Shown here piece by piece: positions 18,733 through 28,310 of a stretch of DNA of 64,000 nt. The position numbers and the translations under genes are program-made. Source of the stretch: a virus. Lineage: Duplodnaviria; Caudoviricetes. A model generated the notes under the pieces. It did not search any database. It saw nothing but the letters and a program-made list of their open reading frames with translations, and had not been told where the DNA came from. The stretch lies in IMG/VR virus record IMGVR_UViG_3300044719_000048, positions 96,001 through 160,000 of that record. One strand, 5' to 3'. How positions within the stretch are numbered: position 1 is the first letter of the stretch; each line of letters starts with the position of its first letter.

Positions 18733-19097
18733 TAGTGTGCTCTCTCAGTTTCCCATTCGACGTGCTGTCCATGAAGATCAGCACCGAGTCGAACAGCGAT
18801 TTCGATTGGATTGGCGACATCAGCACCGCCATGAAGTTCATCCATTATGTAGTCGACTACGTCTTTGGCTACGCTGATGTCGGACACTTGGACATTGCAG
18901 ACCAAGATCTCGCGCATGTACACCAAGTAGCGTGAACTCTGCTGGTGCATTGGAACCTCAGCCAGCGAGATCTGGACTATCAAATTGTCTAGGCACGTCA
19001 GCCCAAGTACATAGACCTGGGCGGCGTGCGTGTCCAGTATGGACCAAGTGCAGTCATCGAAAGCCTGTATTACGTAGCGACTTTCGAGGTCTTGCAT
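18732..19097 (-). CDS. Hypothetical protein
   Basis: Likely start MQDLES after GAGGAG. Confidence 0.55.
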   Translation of the reverse strand: MQDLESRYVIQAFDDCTWSILDTHAAQVYVLGLTCLDNLIVQISLAEVPMHQQSSRYLVYMREILVCNVQVSDISVAKDVVDYIMDELHGGADVANPIEIAVRLGADLHGQHVEWETERAH

Positions 19098-22000
19098 TTC
19101 TTCTCCTCGTAGACTGGTTTGATTGCGGCTTTGATTTGCTCGTCCAGCTCCGAGATTCCGAGCAGCGGATACTTCTTCTGGAGGTAGGCTCGCATCTTCT
19201 TGTTGCGCCACGGCTCGAAGATTTGCTTGACCACCTCCGCGCGCGTTCCCTCTAGCAATCCGTCTTTCTCTGCCTCATCCACTGAAGACAGCAACGAAGT
19301 CACCAGCTGCGGAATGCTCCAATCCCACTTGTACGTGTTGTCGTCACGAGCACCCACTTCGATTTCGATTTCAGGCTCGACGCCGAACTCCACGTTGAAC
19401 TCCTCGGCATAGACCTTGGTCACACCATAGGTCGACGCGTATTGCAGGATGTGGATGAACGGCAGGATCATCGGGTAGATGACGCTGAAATAGTTCGCGT
19501 CGTGAACCACTCGATTGTAAGGCACGCGCAGAGCCCATTCGTCGTACTCGATGCCGAGGATCTCGCAGAACTTCGGCAGCTCCTTGTAGTAGAGCTCGAT
19601 GATTAGACGGCCGGCCTTGATACCGATCTCCGATGCAAAGCCTTGGATCGGTGCGTTGGAACCCCTGCGAGCCTGTTTGTTGATGATCGTCCTGTCCCCA
19701 GTCATCGCAGCGTACAGGCGACGGACACGGCCAATAGGGGAATACACGTAGTACTTCTCGACCGCCAGCTTCTTCATCTTCTCGGTCCACGCTGCCGACT
19801 TCTTGAACTCCTTGAACAGCTTGTCCAGAATGTCTTGCGCGTACGGCGTACGATCCTCGGCCATCAGCGCCTTCAGCTCTTTCTCGGCCTTGGCGATGTC
19901 CTGGGCGGTCGCGTCCTTAGCACCGATGCGCTTCATCAGAGCCTGCCGGTCGCCCATCTTCGTGTCTTCGCCGAGCGTCTCTGCACCCTTGGAATAAATG
20001 GCTCCGAAGATAACGGCCTTAACGGCGTCACGCAGCGGGTGATCCTTGTCGACCTGTTTGTTGAAGAAGCGCTTGACGTTCAGAATGTGCAAGTCGCCTT
20101 TCTCTTTCACGGCCTTGCGGTTCTCGTCGGACGGATTCTGAATGAATGCCTGCCGGAGTTTCTGGCCGATCTTGAAGATGCCTGCCAGCACTTGATCCTT
20201 ACCGACGTACGACCAGACACGAACTTCGTGTGCCGAATAGTCGAAACGAACCAGCAGCGTGCCCTTGCGCGCCACGAACATCCGCTTGATGATCTTGGCC
20301 AACTTGCCGCGCGAAGGAATCTGCTGGAGATTTGGATTCTTACTGTTGAGGCGGCCTGTCGTCACGTCGAAGAACGAGTAGTCAGCCCTTAAGTGCTGGT
20401 CCTCGATCGAGTCCCTGTTGGAACGCAGTTTCTTCAACCACCCCTTGGCATAAGTGGACATCAGCTTGCCCAACTTGGCGTATTCGCCGTATGCCGCAAC
20501 CACGTGGTTGCGGGCCTCCATCTCTGCAACGAACGCTTTGTCCACTGACTTCTCGCCCTGTTTGGTCTCGTTGACGGGCTCCATGCCCATCACATCGAAG
20601 AACAGGGTACGCAAATGGTTGGGCTTCGTCATGGACAGCGCCCACTTGGCGGAGGCTTTGGCCTTGCCGAACAAGCCCTTGGCCTTCATACCTGACTCGC
20701 CGAGGATGCGTTGATTGGCTTCTTGTACCTCGGGGAACTTCCTGAACTCGGCGGCCAGTCGTTTCATTTCCGTGCGCAACGGCGACTCGGTCGAAACCAG
20801 ATGCTTGAGGTATTTGATGTCGACCAGCGAACCGTCCTCACGCAGATGGGACAGCATGTGCGCCGTATCGCCCATCTGGTCGATCATGTGACGAATGAAA
20901 TACGGCTTGTAGTTGCGACCCTCGATGTCGAACTTGGAGGCCCGTCGAATCTGCTGGTGGCGAATCTTCAACAGCGACTGCACGTCCATTGCGCCGTACT
21001 TCTGGAAACCCTTATCGGTAGGTTTGACCGCAGCGATAGTTGAACGGTCTTCCTTGCCGAAGTCCGCCGTGTAGTAGTAATCGCATTCGTACGAGCACAA
21101 GACCGCAGCCAAGTTACCGGGCTTGGAGTTGAAGTTGGCCAAGTCGGAAATGTTCTCGTCCAGCTCGTGCTCGCCTGCTGTGATCTCCCACACGTCATGC
21201 CAGATGATCGCCAGCTTCAGGCAGCGACGAATGACCCTTAGGTCGTACATGATGTTGAAGCCCACCAGCAGCTTCTTCTGCTTGGATCGGAAGAGCTTGC
21301 GCAGACGCTGCTTGATGTACTTGCGTTGTTCCTTTGTCCAGCAGTCTTGCAAGGGGTGATCGATTGGGATCACATACCCGTACTCGGGGCTCGATTCCAA
21401 AGCGAACTGGATTGTGTAGAGGGCGTTGCCGAGCACTGAGAGGTCGCGCGTCTCCGTGTCGACCGCGATGATCTCCTCGGCCTCTACCTTGTCCATCAGA
21501 CGATCGAATTTCTCGATGGTGTCGATGTATCGCGGGGTCGGCACAAAACCCTTGAGGGAATGCGGGTGGCGTCCCAGCATCAGATAAGTCAGGTGCCTGC
21601 ACCAGAAACCCAGGAGGTTTGCGAACTGACCCTGCTTCTCCAGCAAGCGGGAGAAGTCCAGCGTCGAGGTGACCTTGACCTTATGGTCGCCGGATTTCAG
21701 TTCGTGCACCCAGCCGCGTTTGTAGGCATGCTGTTCGATCTGAGGCCACATAGCGTGGAAGGCCTCATCGCCCGCGACCAACACATGGGTCGGCTTGAGC
21801 TTGCGGATCAGCTTGTGTGCATGCGCGGCGAACTCGTTCTCCATTCCCTTGCGAGCGGAACCTTTCAAGTTCAAGTGACGCTTGCGGTTGAATGGAGCCA
21901 CGACGTAGGCCGGGCTCTTCATATTCTCGTCGTATCGACGTGCGGTCTCCAGTGCATACTTGAGGGCGTTGACCGCACAGGTGCGAACCGTCTTGTCGCC

Positions 22001-22153
22001 GAGCATACCTTTTGCCTTGAGGTCTCGACTATCGACGGTCTGCATGAAGATCAAGATCTTGGTCTTGGCCGAGTTCCACGAGGCGCACTTAGGGATGCTC
22101 AACTCGTAGGCGTCCTCAGCCTCGAAAGGGAAAGTGAACCGTTGCTCAAGCAC
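19070..22153 (-). CDS. Family A DNA polymerase with 3'-5' exonuclease and N-terminal UDG-like domain
   Basis: Exo AVDTET, GFNIMYD, YGAMD; TTGRLNS.NPNLQQIP; motif A DYSAHEVR; motif B RDAVKAVIFGAIY; NAPIQG; motif C VHDA. Confidence 0.95.
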   Translation of the reverse strand: MLEQRFTFPFEAEDAYELSIPKCASWNSAKTKILIFMQTVDSRDLKAKGMLGDKTVRTCAVNALKYALETARRYDENMKSPAYVVAPFNRKRHLNLKGSARKGMENEFAAHAHKLIRKLKPTHVLVAGDEAFHAMWPQIEQHAYKRGWVHELKSGDHKVKVTSTLDFSRLLEKQGQFANLLGFWCRHLTYLMLGRHPHSLKGFVPTPRYIDTIEKFDRLMDKVEAEEIIAVDTETRDLSVLGNALYTIQFALESSPEYGYVIPIDHPLQDCWTKEQRKYIKQRLRKLFRSKQKKLLVGFNIMYDLRVIRRCLKLAIIWHDVWEITAGEHELDENISDLANFNSKPGNLAAVLCSYECDYYYTADFGKEDRSTIAAVKPTDKGFQKYGAMDVQSLLKIRHQQIRRASKFDIEGRNYKPYFIRHMIDQMGDTAHMLSHLREDGSLVDIKYLKHLVSTESPLRTEMKRLAAEFRKFPEVQEANQRILGESGMKAKGLFGKAKASAKWALSMTKPNHLRTLFFDVMGMEPVNETKQGEKSVDKAFVAEMEARNHVVAAYGEYAKLGKLMSTYAKGWLKKLRSNRDSIEDQHLRADYSFFDVTTGRLNSKNPNLQQIPSRGKLAKIIKRMFVARKGTLLVRFDYSAHEVRVWSYVGKDQVLAGIFKIGQKLRQAFIQNPSDENRKAVKEKGDLHILNVKRFFNKQVDKDHPLRDAVKAVIFGAIYSKGAETLGEDTKMGDRQALMKRIGAKDATAQDIAKAEKELKALMAEDRTPYAQDILDKLFKEFKKSAAWTEKMKKLAVEKYYVYSPIGRVRRLYAAMTGDRTIINKQARRGSNAPIQGFASEIGIKAGRLIIELYYKELPKFCEILGIEYDEWALRVPYNRVVHDANYFSVIYPMILPFIHILQYASTYGVTKVYAEEFNVEFGVEPEIEIEVGARDDNTYKWDWSIPQLVTSLLSSVDEAEKDGLLEGTRAEVVKQIFEPWRNKKMRAYLQKKYPLLGISELDEQIKAAIKPVYEEKKCKTSKVAT

Positions 22154-22394
22154 GTGTGGACTCCTGTTGTTTAGGCAAAGGCTTTAGGGTGACGATCATG
22201 AATTCCCCTGTGCTTGTGTAAGTGACGCGCTGTACGCTACGGACCTTGCGCTCTTGTCCGTCGATCAGTACTGTGGTGCCACCTATGCGCTCGTTTACCG
22301 CATGGACGAACACCCGGTTGGCGTGTGCTCGATGTATCCGGTGAATCGTGTCGCGTGTCTGATCTGGAAACACCATATGCTTGAGCTCTATCAT
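22146..22394 (-). CDS. Hypothetical protein
   Basis: Coupled ORF. Confidence 0.55.
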   Translation of the reverse strand: MIELKHMVFPDQTRDTIHRIHRAHANRVFVHAVNERIGGTTVLIDGQERKVRSVQRVTYTSTGEFMIVTLKPLPKQQESTRA

Positions 22395-22870
22395 TGCGCC
22401 TCCAGTTGTTGCAGACGTTGTCGACCTTTATCAGTCAGGAAGACCTGGCACTCACAGAATACACCATCAGCGTTGTACTGAGTGAGGTAGCCTTTGTGGA
22501 TCAACGTGTCTGTCTTCCTCTTTATGAGACGAACTTCGTCGAAGCCCGAAGCGTTCAGCCATTGACGATAGTAGCCCATGACCGGCCAGATTTCGTGGTC
22601 TCCGATGTAGCGAAGGACTTCGACGGTTGGAATGTCTGCGCAGCGAAGACGCGGAATCTCGTAGCGCTTGAGTGGCTTGCAGTGGACCAGAATGGTCTTG
22701 TGGAACCCGGGAACGACTTCGATGCGCGAGGTCGAGTAGACGAAGCGTTGGACTCCGTTGATGATGCACGTCGTATAGCTCAGACCTTCGGCGTGATGGT
22801 GCTGGACGCGGAAGTGGTTGTCGTCTGTCGGATCGGTGGGCAGCTTGGGTACTACGAACAGGATTTTCAT
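22391..22870 (-). CDS. Hypothetical protein, possible C-terminal winged helix
   Basis: RBS and AGTAAATA upstream; LIHKGYL...FLTDKG tail. Confidence 0.6.
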   Translation of the reverse strand: MKILFVVPKLPTDPTDDNHFRVQHHHAEGLSYTTCIINGVQRFVYSTSRIEVVPGFHKTILVHCKPLKRYEIPRLRCADIPTVEVLRYIGDHEIWPVMGYYRQWLNASGFDEVRLIKRKTDTLIHKGYLTQYNADGVFCECQVFLTDKGRQRLQQLEAQ

Positions 22871-22890
22871 GAGGCCTCCATTAACACTAA

Positions 22891-22898
22891 TATTTACT
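22891..22898 (-). promoter_or_regulatory. AGTAAATA putative promoter of the polymerase operon
   Basis: Exact octamer just downstream of a terminator. Confidence 0.65.
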
Positions 22899-22921
22899 GC
22901 ACTTGAGTCGGTACAAACGAC

Positions 22922-22941
22922 AAAAGGTGCCCGAAGGCACC
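22922..22941 (-). terminator. Intrinsic terminator
   Basis: GGTGCC-TTCG-GGCACC-TTTT on the minus strand. Confidence 0.8.
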
Positions 22942-22960
22942 AATTGTGTTGAGGCTTGAG

Positions 22961-23593
22961 TTACAGCTGGACGCGGCCGCGTGCCACTGCGACCTGTTCG
23001 GTCAGCGCTCTCACTCGGCTGGTCAGCTCGAGGAGTCGGCTGTGCATCGGCGAATAAGGCACTGGCTGCGGATCACCGCCGCACTTCAGCTCGTTACTGT
23101 CGAACGTGAGGATTGGTTCGATGGACTGGATCAGTGCCTGCGCTTGGGTTTCCAGGTCGTACAACGCACCTGCCAGGTCGTTGAAGGCGCCGTCGATAGG
23201 GGAGACCTTGATCTCGGGGTCGCAACACCGCAGCTGCGACATGGACTGGAGGTTGGTCTGGAAAGCCGTGTCTTGCGGTGCAGTAAGCGGAGGCATTGGC
23301 GTCTGCTGCATATTGGCCGCGATCTTCCGTGCCAGTTCGTCCATGTCGATGTCGGCCGGTACCTGGACGCCGAAGACCCTCGACTGAACGTCGTCTGCAC
23401 GTTGATTGGCTGCACGAGCCTTGACGCTGGACGATTTCGTTTTCGGAATGTTCTGCGCGGTTGCGCCGACGATGCTGCCAGTGGTACTGCTGATGCGACC
23501 AGTGTTACTGCTGATGCGACCAGTGGTGGCGCCGGTGCCGACGCGAGCGGCAGCAGTGGAGGAAACGGTTTTCAGGCCTTTTACTTTGGTCAT
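22961..23593 (-). CDS. Hypothetical protein
   Basis: 210-aa ORF; Thr/Ser-rich N-terminus with a short tandem repeat. Confidence 0.7.
   Translation of the reverse strand: MTKVKGLKTVSSTAAARVGTGATTGRISSNTGRISSTTGSIVGATAQNIPKTKSSSVKARAANQRADDVQSRVFGVQVPADIDMDELARKIAANMQQTPMPPLTAPQDTAFQTNLQSMSQLRCCDPEIKVSPIDGAFNDLAGALYDLETQAQALIQSIEPILTFDSNELKCGGDPQPVPYSPMHSRLLELTSRVRALTEQVAVARGRVQL
23478..23527. repeat. 21-bp tandem repeat, about 2.4 copies, encoding TGRISS
   Basis: ccagtggtactgctgatgcga / ccagtgttactgctgatgcga / ccagtggt. Confidence 0.8.
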
Positions 23594-23595
23594 GT

Positions 23596-23928
23596 TCAGA
23601 TCGCTTTCGGTTGGTTATTGTTTTCGGCCGCGTAGGCGGCCAGCAGTTCTTTGTGGCGGTTGAGGGCCTTGCCGCGATGCATGGCCTCCTGCATCTGCAT
23701 CGATGCATAGTCGAAGACCGCCACCATTGCCTTCTTGTGCGCAGCTTCCTTGCCCATCTGCTCGTCGTAGTTCTCGAGGTCGATGACGCTGGCGATGCCG
23801 TGGCAGGTCCAGCCAGTGTCCAGCACGATCTCGCAGACGATGGCCTTACCTGAAGGCAGGCGCGTATAGGTCGTGGACTGGATCATAGCCTTCACGTCCT
23901 CGACGCTGAGCCTCGTGTTGTGGTTCAT
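23596..23928 (-). CDS. N4 gp49/Sf6 gp66-family protein
   Basis: IVCEIVLDTGW...G.ASV.D.ENYD..MG.E.A pattern. Confidence 0.75.
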   Translation of the reverse strand: MNHNTRLSVEDVKAMIQSTTYTRLPSGKAIVCEIVLDTGWTCHGIASVIDLENYDEQMGKEAAHKKAMVAVFDYASMQMQEAMHRGKALNRHKELLAAYAAENNNQPKAI

Positions 23929-24419
23929 TCTTCGGTCCTCGTCGTGGTTTCACTGTCTGGGCGCATGTCGCGGGTCAGGAAGCCCGGGCCACCGCCCATG
24001 CCATTACCTCCTGGGTAGCCGGAGACGGGCTTGGCGACATCAGAGACCACGTTGGTACGAATCGTGACGTTACGCAGGAACGCGTCCATGCTGGTCTTCA
24101 CGCCGCTGAGTTCGGCCTGCGCGATCTTGGCATCGATGCCGGCTTCGCGCTTGATCAGGTCGATCTCCTTCTGCTGAGCCGTGGCCTCACGTACGGTCAG
24201 TGCGGTCTCACGGGCAGTCAGCTCTTGGTGAGCGCTGAGCTTCGCACGCAGCTGTTCGACCTCTGCTTGCACCGACTTGAATGCAGCTTGGGTGCGTTCG
24301 AGCTCCTTCGCTTGCTCATGGGCCTTCTCGATGAAGCTCTTCAGCTCGCCTGCTACGACGCCGTTGAGGTTTTCTGCGATTGCCGCTTGAACTGCTTGGC
24401 TCAGATTTTGGGCACTCAT
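23925..24419 (-). CDS. Coiled-coil hypothetical protein
   Basis: AAGGAG before MSAQNL; heptad-rich. Confidence 0.7.
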   Translation of the reverse strand: MSAQNLSQAVQAAIAENLNGVVAGELKSFIEKAHEQAKELERTQAAFKSVQAEVEQLRAKLSAHQELTARETALTVREATAQQKEIDLIKREAGIDAKIAQAELSGVKTSMDAFLRNVTIRTNVVSDVAKPVSGYPGGNGMGGGPGFLTRDMRPDSETTTRTEE

Positions 24420-24444
24420 TTCTGCTCCTTTAATAGAAGGTGTG

Positions 24445-24849
24445 TTACGGGTGGGGTTGTGAACGAGCGCGGTCAACAAAATGATAGCTGTTGGCGTAGC
24501 TCAATACTGCGAAGAAGCCCTGGCTTGGTACGTGCTCCCAGAAAGTGCCTCTGTAGGAAACCATACCGGAGGGCACTGCTCCCTCCAGCTTCAAAATCTC
24601 GTAGAACTCAGTTTCCTTTTCCTTCAGTTCTTCGACGATTTGCTCTTTCATCCAGAAGAGGTTGCCGCCTGTCAGAAAGCTGAGCAGATTCTCAGGAGTA
24701 GTGATATAGCGATCCCGAGTACCTAGCTCGAAGCGTGGAATGCAACCGTCTCCGACTTGAAAGAGTCGAAGTTGGGGCCACGTTGTGGTACGCCATTCGG
24801 TTAGCTGCGCATTTATGTAGTCTACGTCGGCTGCGGTAAGTGCAAGCAT
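24445..24849 (-). CDS. Hypothetical protein
   Basis: ORF in operon. Confidence 0.55.
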   Translation of the reverse strand: MLALTAADVDYINAQLTEWRTTTWPQLRLFQVGDGCIPRFELGTRDRYITTPENLLSFLTGGNLFWMKEQIVEELKEKETEFYEILKLEGAVPSGMVSYRGTFWEHVPSQGFFAVLSYANSYHFVDRARSQPHP

Positions 24850-25223
24850 TTGATAGCCTCTATTTGTAGTGGGTTGATGTCCTTAATGGTCGGAGCCTGC
24901 ACGATCTCCGAACCATTGCGAATGATAAAGGTGGGCGGCTCTTCCTTGAAGCTCCAGCGACTTTGAGGCACCGTGCGCTGGCAGTCCGACGCAGCAAGGA
25001 AGCACTTGTCCGGCTCAAGGTTCACGTTGAGGATCAGATAGAAGTCGCCCTTGCGTATGTCCTTGAAGAAGGCCGGCACCCAGTTCCCGGTTGCTGGATT
25101 CCAGATGTCGACCGGCCGGTCGTTAGGTCCATCCGGTTCGGTGGACCACTGACGCGCAGGCACGACAGCGACTTCTGTGCTAGGGTTTGTAGGATCGGTA
25201 CTGCTTGAAACAATCGAGTTCAT
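24822..25223 (-). CDS. Hypothetical protein
   Basis: ORF in operon with AAGGAG RBS. Confidence 0.55.
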   Translation of the reverse strand: MNSIVSSSTDPTNPSTEVAVVPARQWSTEPDGPNDRPVDIWNPATGNWVPAFFKDIRKGDFYLILNVNLEPDKCFLAASDCQRTVPQSRWSFKEEPPTFIIRNGSEIVQAPTIKDINPLQIEAIKCLHLPQPT

Positions 25224-25401
25224 CTGTGATCCACTCCTTATGCTTGATGAACCGCATGCCGTCGACTATTCCCCACTCTCCACCTCCGTCCTCAAATCGC
25301 GGCTCATGGCTTTGAAAGATGCGGACCTGCATGCGAAGACCGCCGACCAAGTGATGCTCAATCAGCTCTTTTGGGTAGTGCACGTCAGCATAGAGGTCCA
25401 T
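25180..25401 (-). CDS. Hypothetical protein
   Basis: Short ORF in operon. Confidence 0.5.
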   Translation of the reverse strand: MDLYADVHYPKELIEHHLVGGLRMQVRIFQSHEPRFEDGGGEWGIVDGMRFIKHKEWITDELDCFKQYRSYKP

Positions 25402-25402
25402 G

Positions 25403-25729
25403 TCACTTCCTCTCAGGAACCTTGCTCACGCTTCGGAACAAGTTCGCGGCGTTGCGTGTAGCCTCGTCTGCAAAGGCAATAGCCCAGCGCCATGTCTTGA
25501 GGCGGGCGACGTTCTCCGGCGTGTTCTCGACCAATGACCAGTCGTAGTGTGTTCGGAATCGACCTTCCTTGCCGTGAACGCTGAACTCCCAGACGGCTGC
25601 GCTAACACCTACGTCTACTACGTCGTAGCAGATCAGCGTGTCCCTGTCGACCATAATGCCGCCACCTGGATCAGTGTCCAGAGAGCGATCAACAGGGTAG
25701 AGGCGGTCAGATGTGAAGATGTACTCCAT
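25403..25729 (-). CDS. Hypothetical protein
   Basis: Likely start MEYIF overlapping the AAA ATPase stop. Confidence 0.6.
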   Translation of the reverse strand: MEYIFTSDRLYPVDRSLDTDPGGGIMVDRDTLICYDVVDVGVSAAVWEFSVHGKEGRFRTHYDWSLVENTPENVARLKTWRWAIAFADEATRNAANLFRSVSKVPERK

Positions 25730-27417
25730 CAGGCCTCCGTCTTCTGCTTCGCTGCGGCCTCTGCCGCCTTCTCGGCGGCCATCTCCTCGTCGCTCAGAAC
25801 CTTGATGCCCCGGAAGACCGCATTGTGGCGGAGCTCCTCGAAGGAGAATTCGGTCTTCAACGAAACGCACACGCGATGCGTCAGCTTGATCAGGTTCTGG
25901 ATGTCACGACCGACGATCTCGGGGAACGCACGAACAGCCTTGACCAAATCGGCCTTCGGCAGTTCCAGATTGAACTGCTGGAGCTGCATCTGCCACAAGC
26001 GCAGACGTTCCTTGCGGGCCGGCGCCTTGAACTGGATCATGGCGATGCAGCGCGACTTGATCGCATCGTCGATGTCTTGCTCGCGATTCGTCGTAAGGAA
26101 GACCAGACCGGTGTGATACTCCAGCAAGCGCAGGAAGACCGCAACGACAGCGTCCTGATCCAGCGACTTGCCACGAGCACCGACGAATGCATCAGCCTCG
26201 TTGATAAGCAGCGGCATTTTCAGGCGCAGCGAACGACTGAGAATGGCACGAAGGTTGGACTCGATGGTCTCCGGGTCCGACCCCAACTGGGCGCCTTGAA
26301 TCTCGTACAGCGGACGCTGAATCGTTTCAGCATAGACCTCTGCCGAAAGGGTCTTGCCCGTACCCGGAGGACCGAAGTTCAAGATGACCGACGAGGCAGC
26401 CTTCGATTTCAGGATCTTCGACTTGTCCGGGCCGTCCGTCTCGTCACGCAGAGCATCCAGATTGGAAACCAGCGCGCGGATCAATCGCGTGTGCGACTCA
26501 GGCAGGATCAACCGCTCTTGTACCTTGTCGTCATACTCGTAAGGCCGCATGTTGCCGACGTTGACCCACACCATCTGATGGTGGACCAGCGAGAACAACG
26601 GCAGCACCGGATGCATCGGAACGGCGCACGATGCGTTGTAGATTTCGCTGTAGACCGTGTTCTTGGCGTAGTTGCGGTTGTACTTCTCTTGGCCGTATTC
26701 AGTGTCGAGCACGGCCTTGGAAGGCTTGCCGAAGACCGTAAGGTCCAGTTCCGATTCGGACCACCAGCGACGGCCCCCGCTTGAGAACGCGGTTCCGCGA
26801 ACCTCGAATTGATCGCCATGCATCTCGCTGTACTTCAGGTACCGACGCTTGATCTTCTCGTAGTCCTCGACCATCGTCTCGTCGGGAGACATCAGGTCTT
26901 TGCGGCGCAGGATCTCCGGCACGGTGCGACCCAGCTCGTGTCGAGTGAACGTGATCGACTCTTCGGAGAAGCCGTACCGGCTGTTGAAGCAGTACTTGAG
27001 CCTGACGTAAGCCTCGCGATGGCTCGTCATTCTCGTTTCCTTGATCTCCGGAACATATTCTATGCTCGTAGGCAGATAGGCCACACCTTTGAGCGTCGCG
27101 TGCAGCGAGTGCAAGGTCTTTGCCTCCTGCGCGTTGAGGAATGCCTTCATAGCAGCGCACAGTTCCGAGAGGTCCTCGACCTTCTTATTGGTCGGGTCTT
27201 TCAGCGAACGGCACAGCTTGTTGACCTTCGGGTAGGCCTCGTCCTTGTGGGCCTTCAGGAACGACGTGAGAACCGTCAGATCGTCGAGGTCCAGGTCGTA
27301 CAGCGGGAGCGTCAGCTCGTCGCCCGGTTTCTTCTTGCTCGTGAACAGCGTGGGAAGACGATCTCCCATCTTCTCCTTGGCGGCCTTGTAGCAGGCTACT
27401 GAGATAGCGATTTCCAT
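25729..27417 (-). CDS. AAA+ ATPase
   Basis: GPPGTGKT, LLINEAD (variant Walker B), FLRLLEY..G..FLTTNR...ID.AI.SR. Confidence 0.9.
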   Translation of the reverse strand: MEIAISVACYKAAKEKMGDRLPTLFTSKKKPGDELTLPLYDLDLDDLTVLTSFLKAHKDEAYPKVNKLCRSLKDPTNKKVEDLSELCAAMKAFLNAQEAKTLHSLHATLKGVAYLPTSIEYVPEIKETRMTSHREAYVRLKYCFNSRYGFSEESITFTRHELGRTVPEILRRKDLMSPDETMVEDYEKIKRRYLKYSEMHGDQFEVRGTAFSSGGRRWWSESELDLTVFGKPSKAVLDTEYGQEKYNRNYAKNTVYSEIYNASCAVPMHPVLPLFSLVHHQMVWVNVGNMRPYEYDDKVQERLILPESHTRLIRALVSNLDALRDETDGPDKSKILKSKAASSVILNFGPPGTGKTLSAEVYAETIQRPLYEIQGAQLGSDPETIESNLRAILSRSLRLKMPLLINEADAFVGARGKSLDQDAVVAVFLRLLEYHTGLVFLTTNREQDIDDAIKSRCIAMIQFKAPARKERLRLWQMQLQQFNLELPKADLVKAVRAFPEIVGRDIQNLIKLTHRVCVSLKTEFSFEELRHNAVFRGIKVLSDEEMAAEKAAEAAAKQKTEA

Positions 27418-27429
27418 GTGGGCTCCCGA

Positions 27430-27924
27430 TCAGAGGACGGTGTCGCTGTCGTACACGTCGAAGGTCAGGCCGACGACCAGGTCTTCTGGCGACTTGTTGC
27501 CGCTGCCGAGGCTGAGGAAGGCATCCGGATCGACCTCGAACTCACGGCGGATCGTGCCGACCGTTTCATTACCGTAGATGAAGCTGATCTTGATGGTCGC
27601 GTCTTCCGACGCCTGCAGTGTCTTGATGTCTTTCAGGACCTCAGCGTTGAGCGTCGTAGTAACGTAGAGCGTGCTGTCCGATTCGGCGGCTTCTTCCTCT
27701 TCTCCGTCTTCGTCCGAGCCTTCGCCGTCCACTTCGTCTTCTTCGTCACCGTCCTTAGGCAAGAGGAAGCCGTTGTCGTCTGCTTCCTCCTCCGGTTCGT
27801 CTTCGTTGAACTCGCGCTCCCAGCTCGTGATGGAGGCCGCGAGATTCTGGGCAATGATCTCCGGTGCGTCCGGGTTAGCGAGGCTGGTGATTTCGACAGT
27901 GAAGTTTTGGCTGATGTTGATCAT
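27430..27924 (-). CDS. Acidic hypothetical protein
   Basis: 164-aa ORF with central D/E tract; AGTAAATA upstream. Confidence 0.7.
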   Translation of the reverse strand: MINISQNFTVEITSLANPDAPEIIAQNLAASITSWEREFNEDEPEEEADDNGFLLPKDGDEEDEVDGEGSDEDGEEEEAAESDSTLYVTTTLNAEVLKDIKTLQASEDATIKISFIYGNETVGTIRREFEVDPDAFLSLGSGNKSPEDLVVGLTFDVYDSDTVL

Positions 27925-27946
27925 GATTGTCCTTGTTGAAAAACGC

Positions 27947-27954
27947 TATTTACT
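27947..27954 (-). promoter_or_regulatory. AGTAAATA putative promoter
   Basis: Exact octamer, intergenic. Confidence 0.6.
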
Positions 27955-27957
27955 GCT

Positions 27958-28098
27958 CTAGTGAAGGCCCAACAACTGGGCTATCAAAGTGAACGGATAC
28001 ACTCGTTCATACAGCAGATGTTCGATTGGGTATCCTACAGTGGTGCCGACACAGAATCCCACCACTGCGTAGAGAAAGCGACGGGTCCTGAATCGCAT
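27958..28098 (-). CDS. Small membrane protein
   Basis: MRFRTRRFLYAVVGFCVG... hydrophobic. Confidence 0.5.
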   Translation of the reverse strand: MRFRTRRFLYAVVGFCVGTTVGYPIEHLLYERVYPFTLIAQLLGLH

Positions 28099-28100
28099 GC

Positions 28101-28310
28101 TCAGTCCTCCAAGACCTGCCAATCCAGGCGAAGCAAGTCGCGTTGGGTCGGCACCCAGTCTTGCTCCAACCCGGTCTTGTAGTTGAAGAGCCGCAGCGCC
28201 TGATGGCGTCCTTGGACCTTGACGTAGCAATGACGCTCTACCATGTCTGCGTGCGACATGTACTTGGTGGTCTCGTCTTTGATGGTTGTGAGTGCGTCGT
28301 CGAACCTCAT
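28101..28310 (-). CDS. Hypothetical protein
   Basis: Start MRFDDAL after AAGGAG; W.PTQ.DLL..DW tail resembles DUF2829-type phage proteins. Confidence 0.55.
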   Translation of the reverse strand: MRFDDALTTIKDETTKYMSHADMVERHCYVKVQGRHQALRLFNYKTGLEQDWVPTQRDLLRLDWQVLED

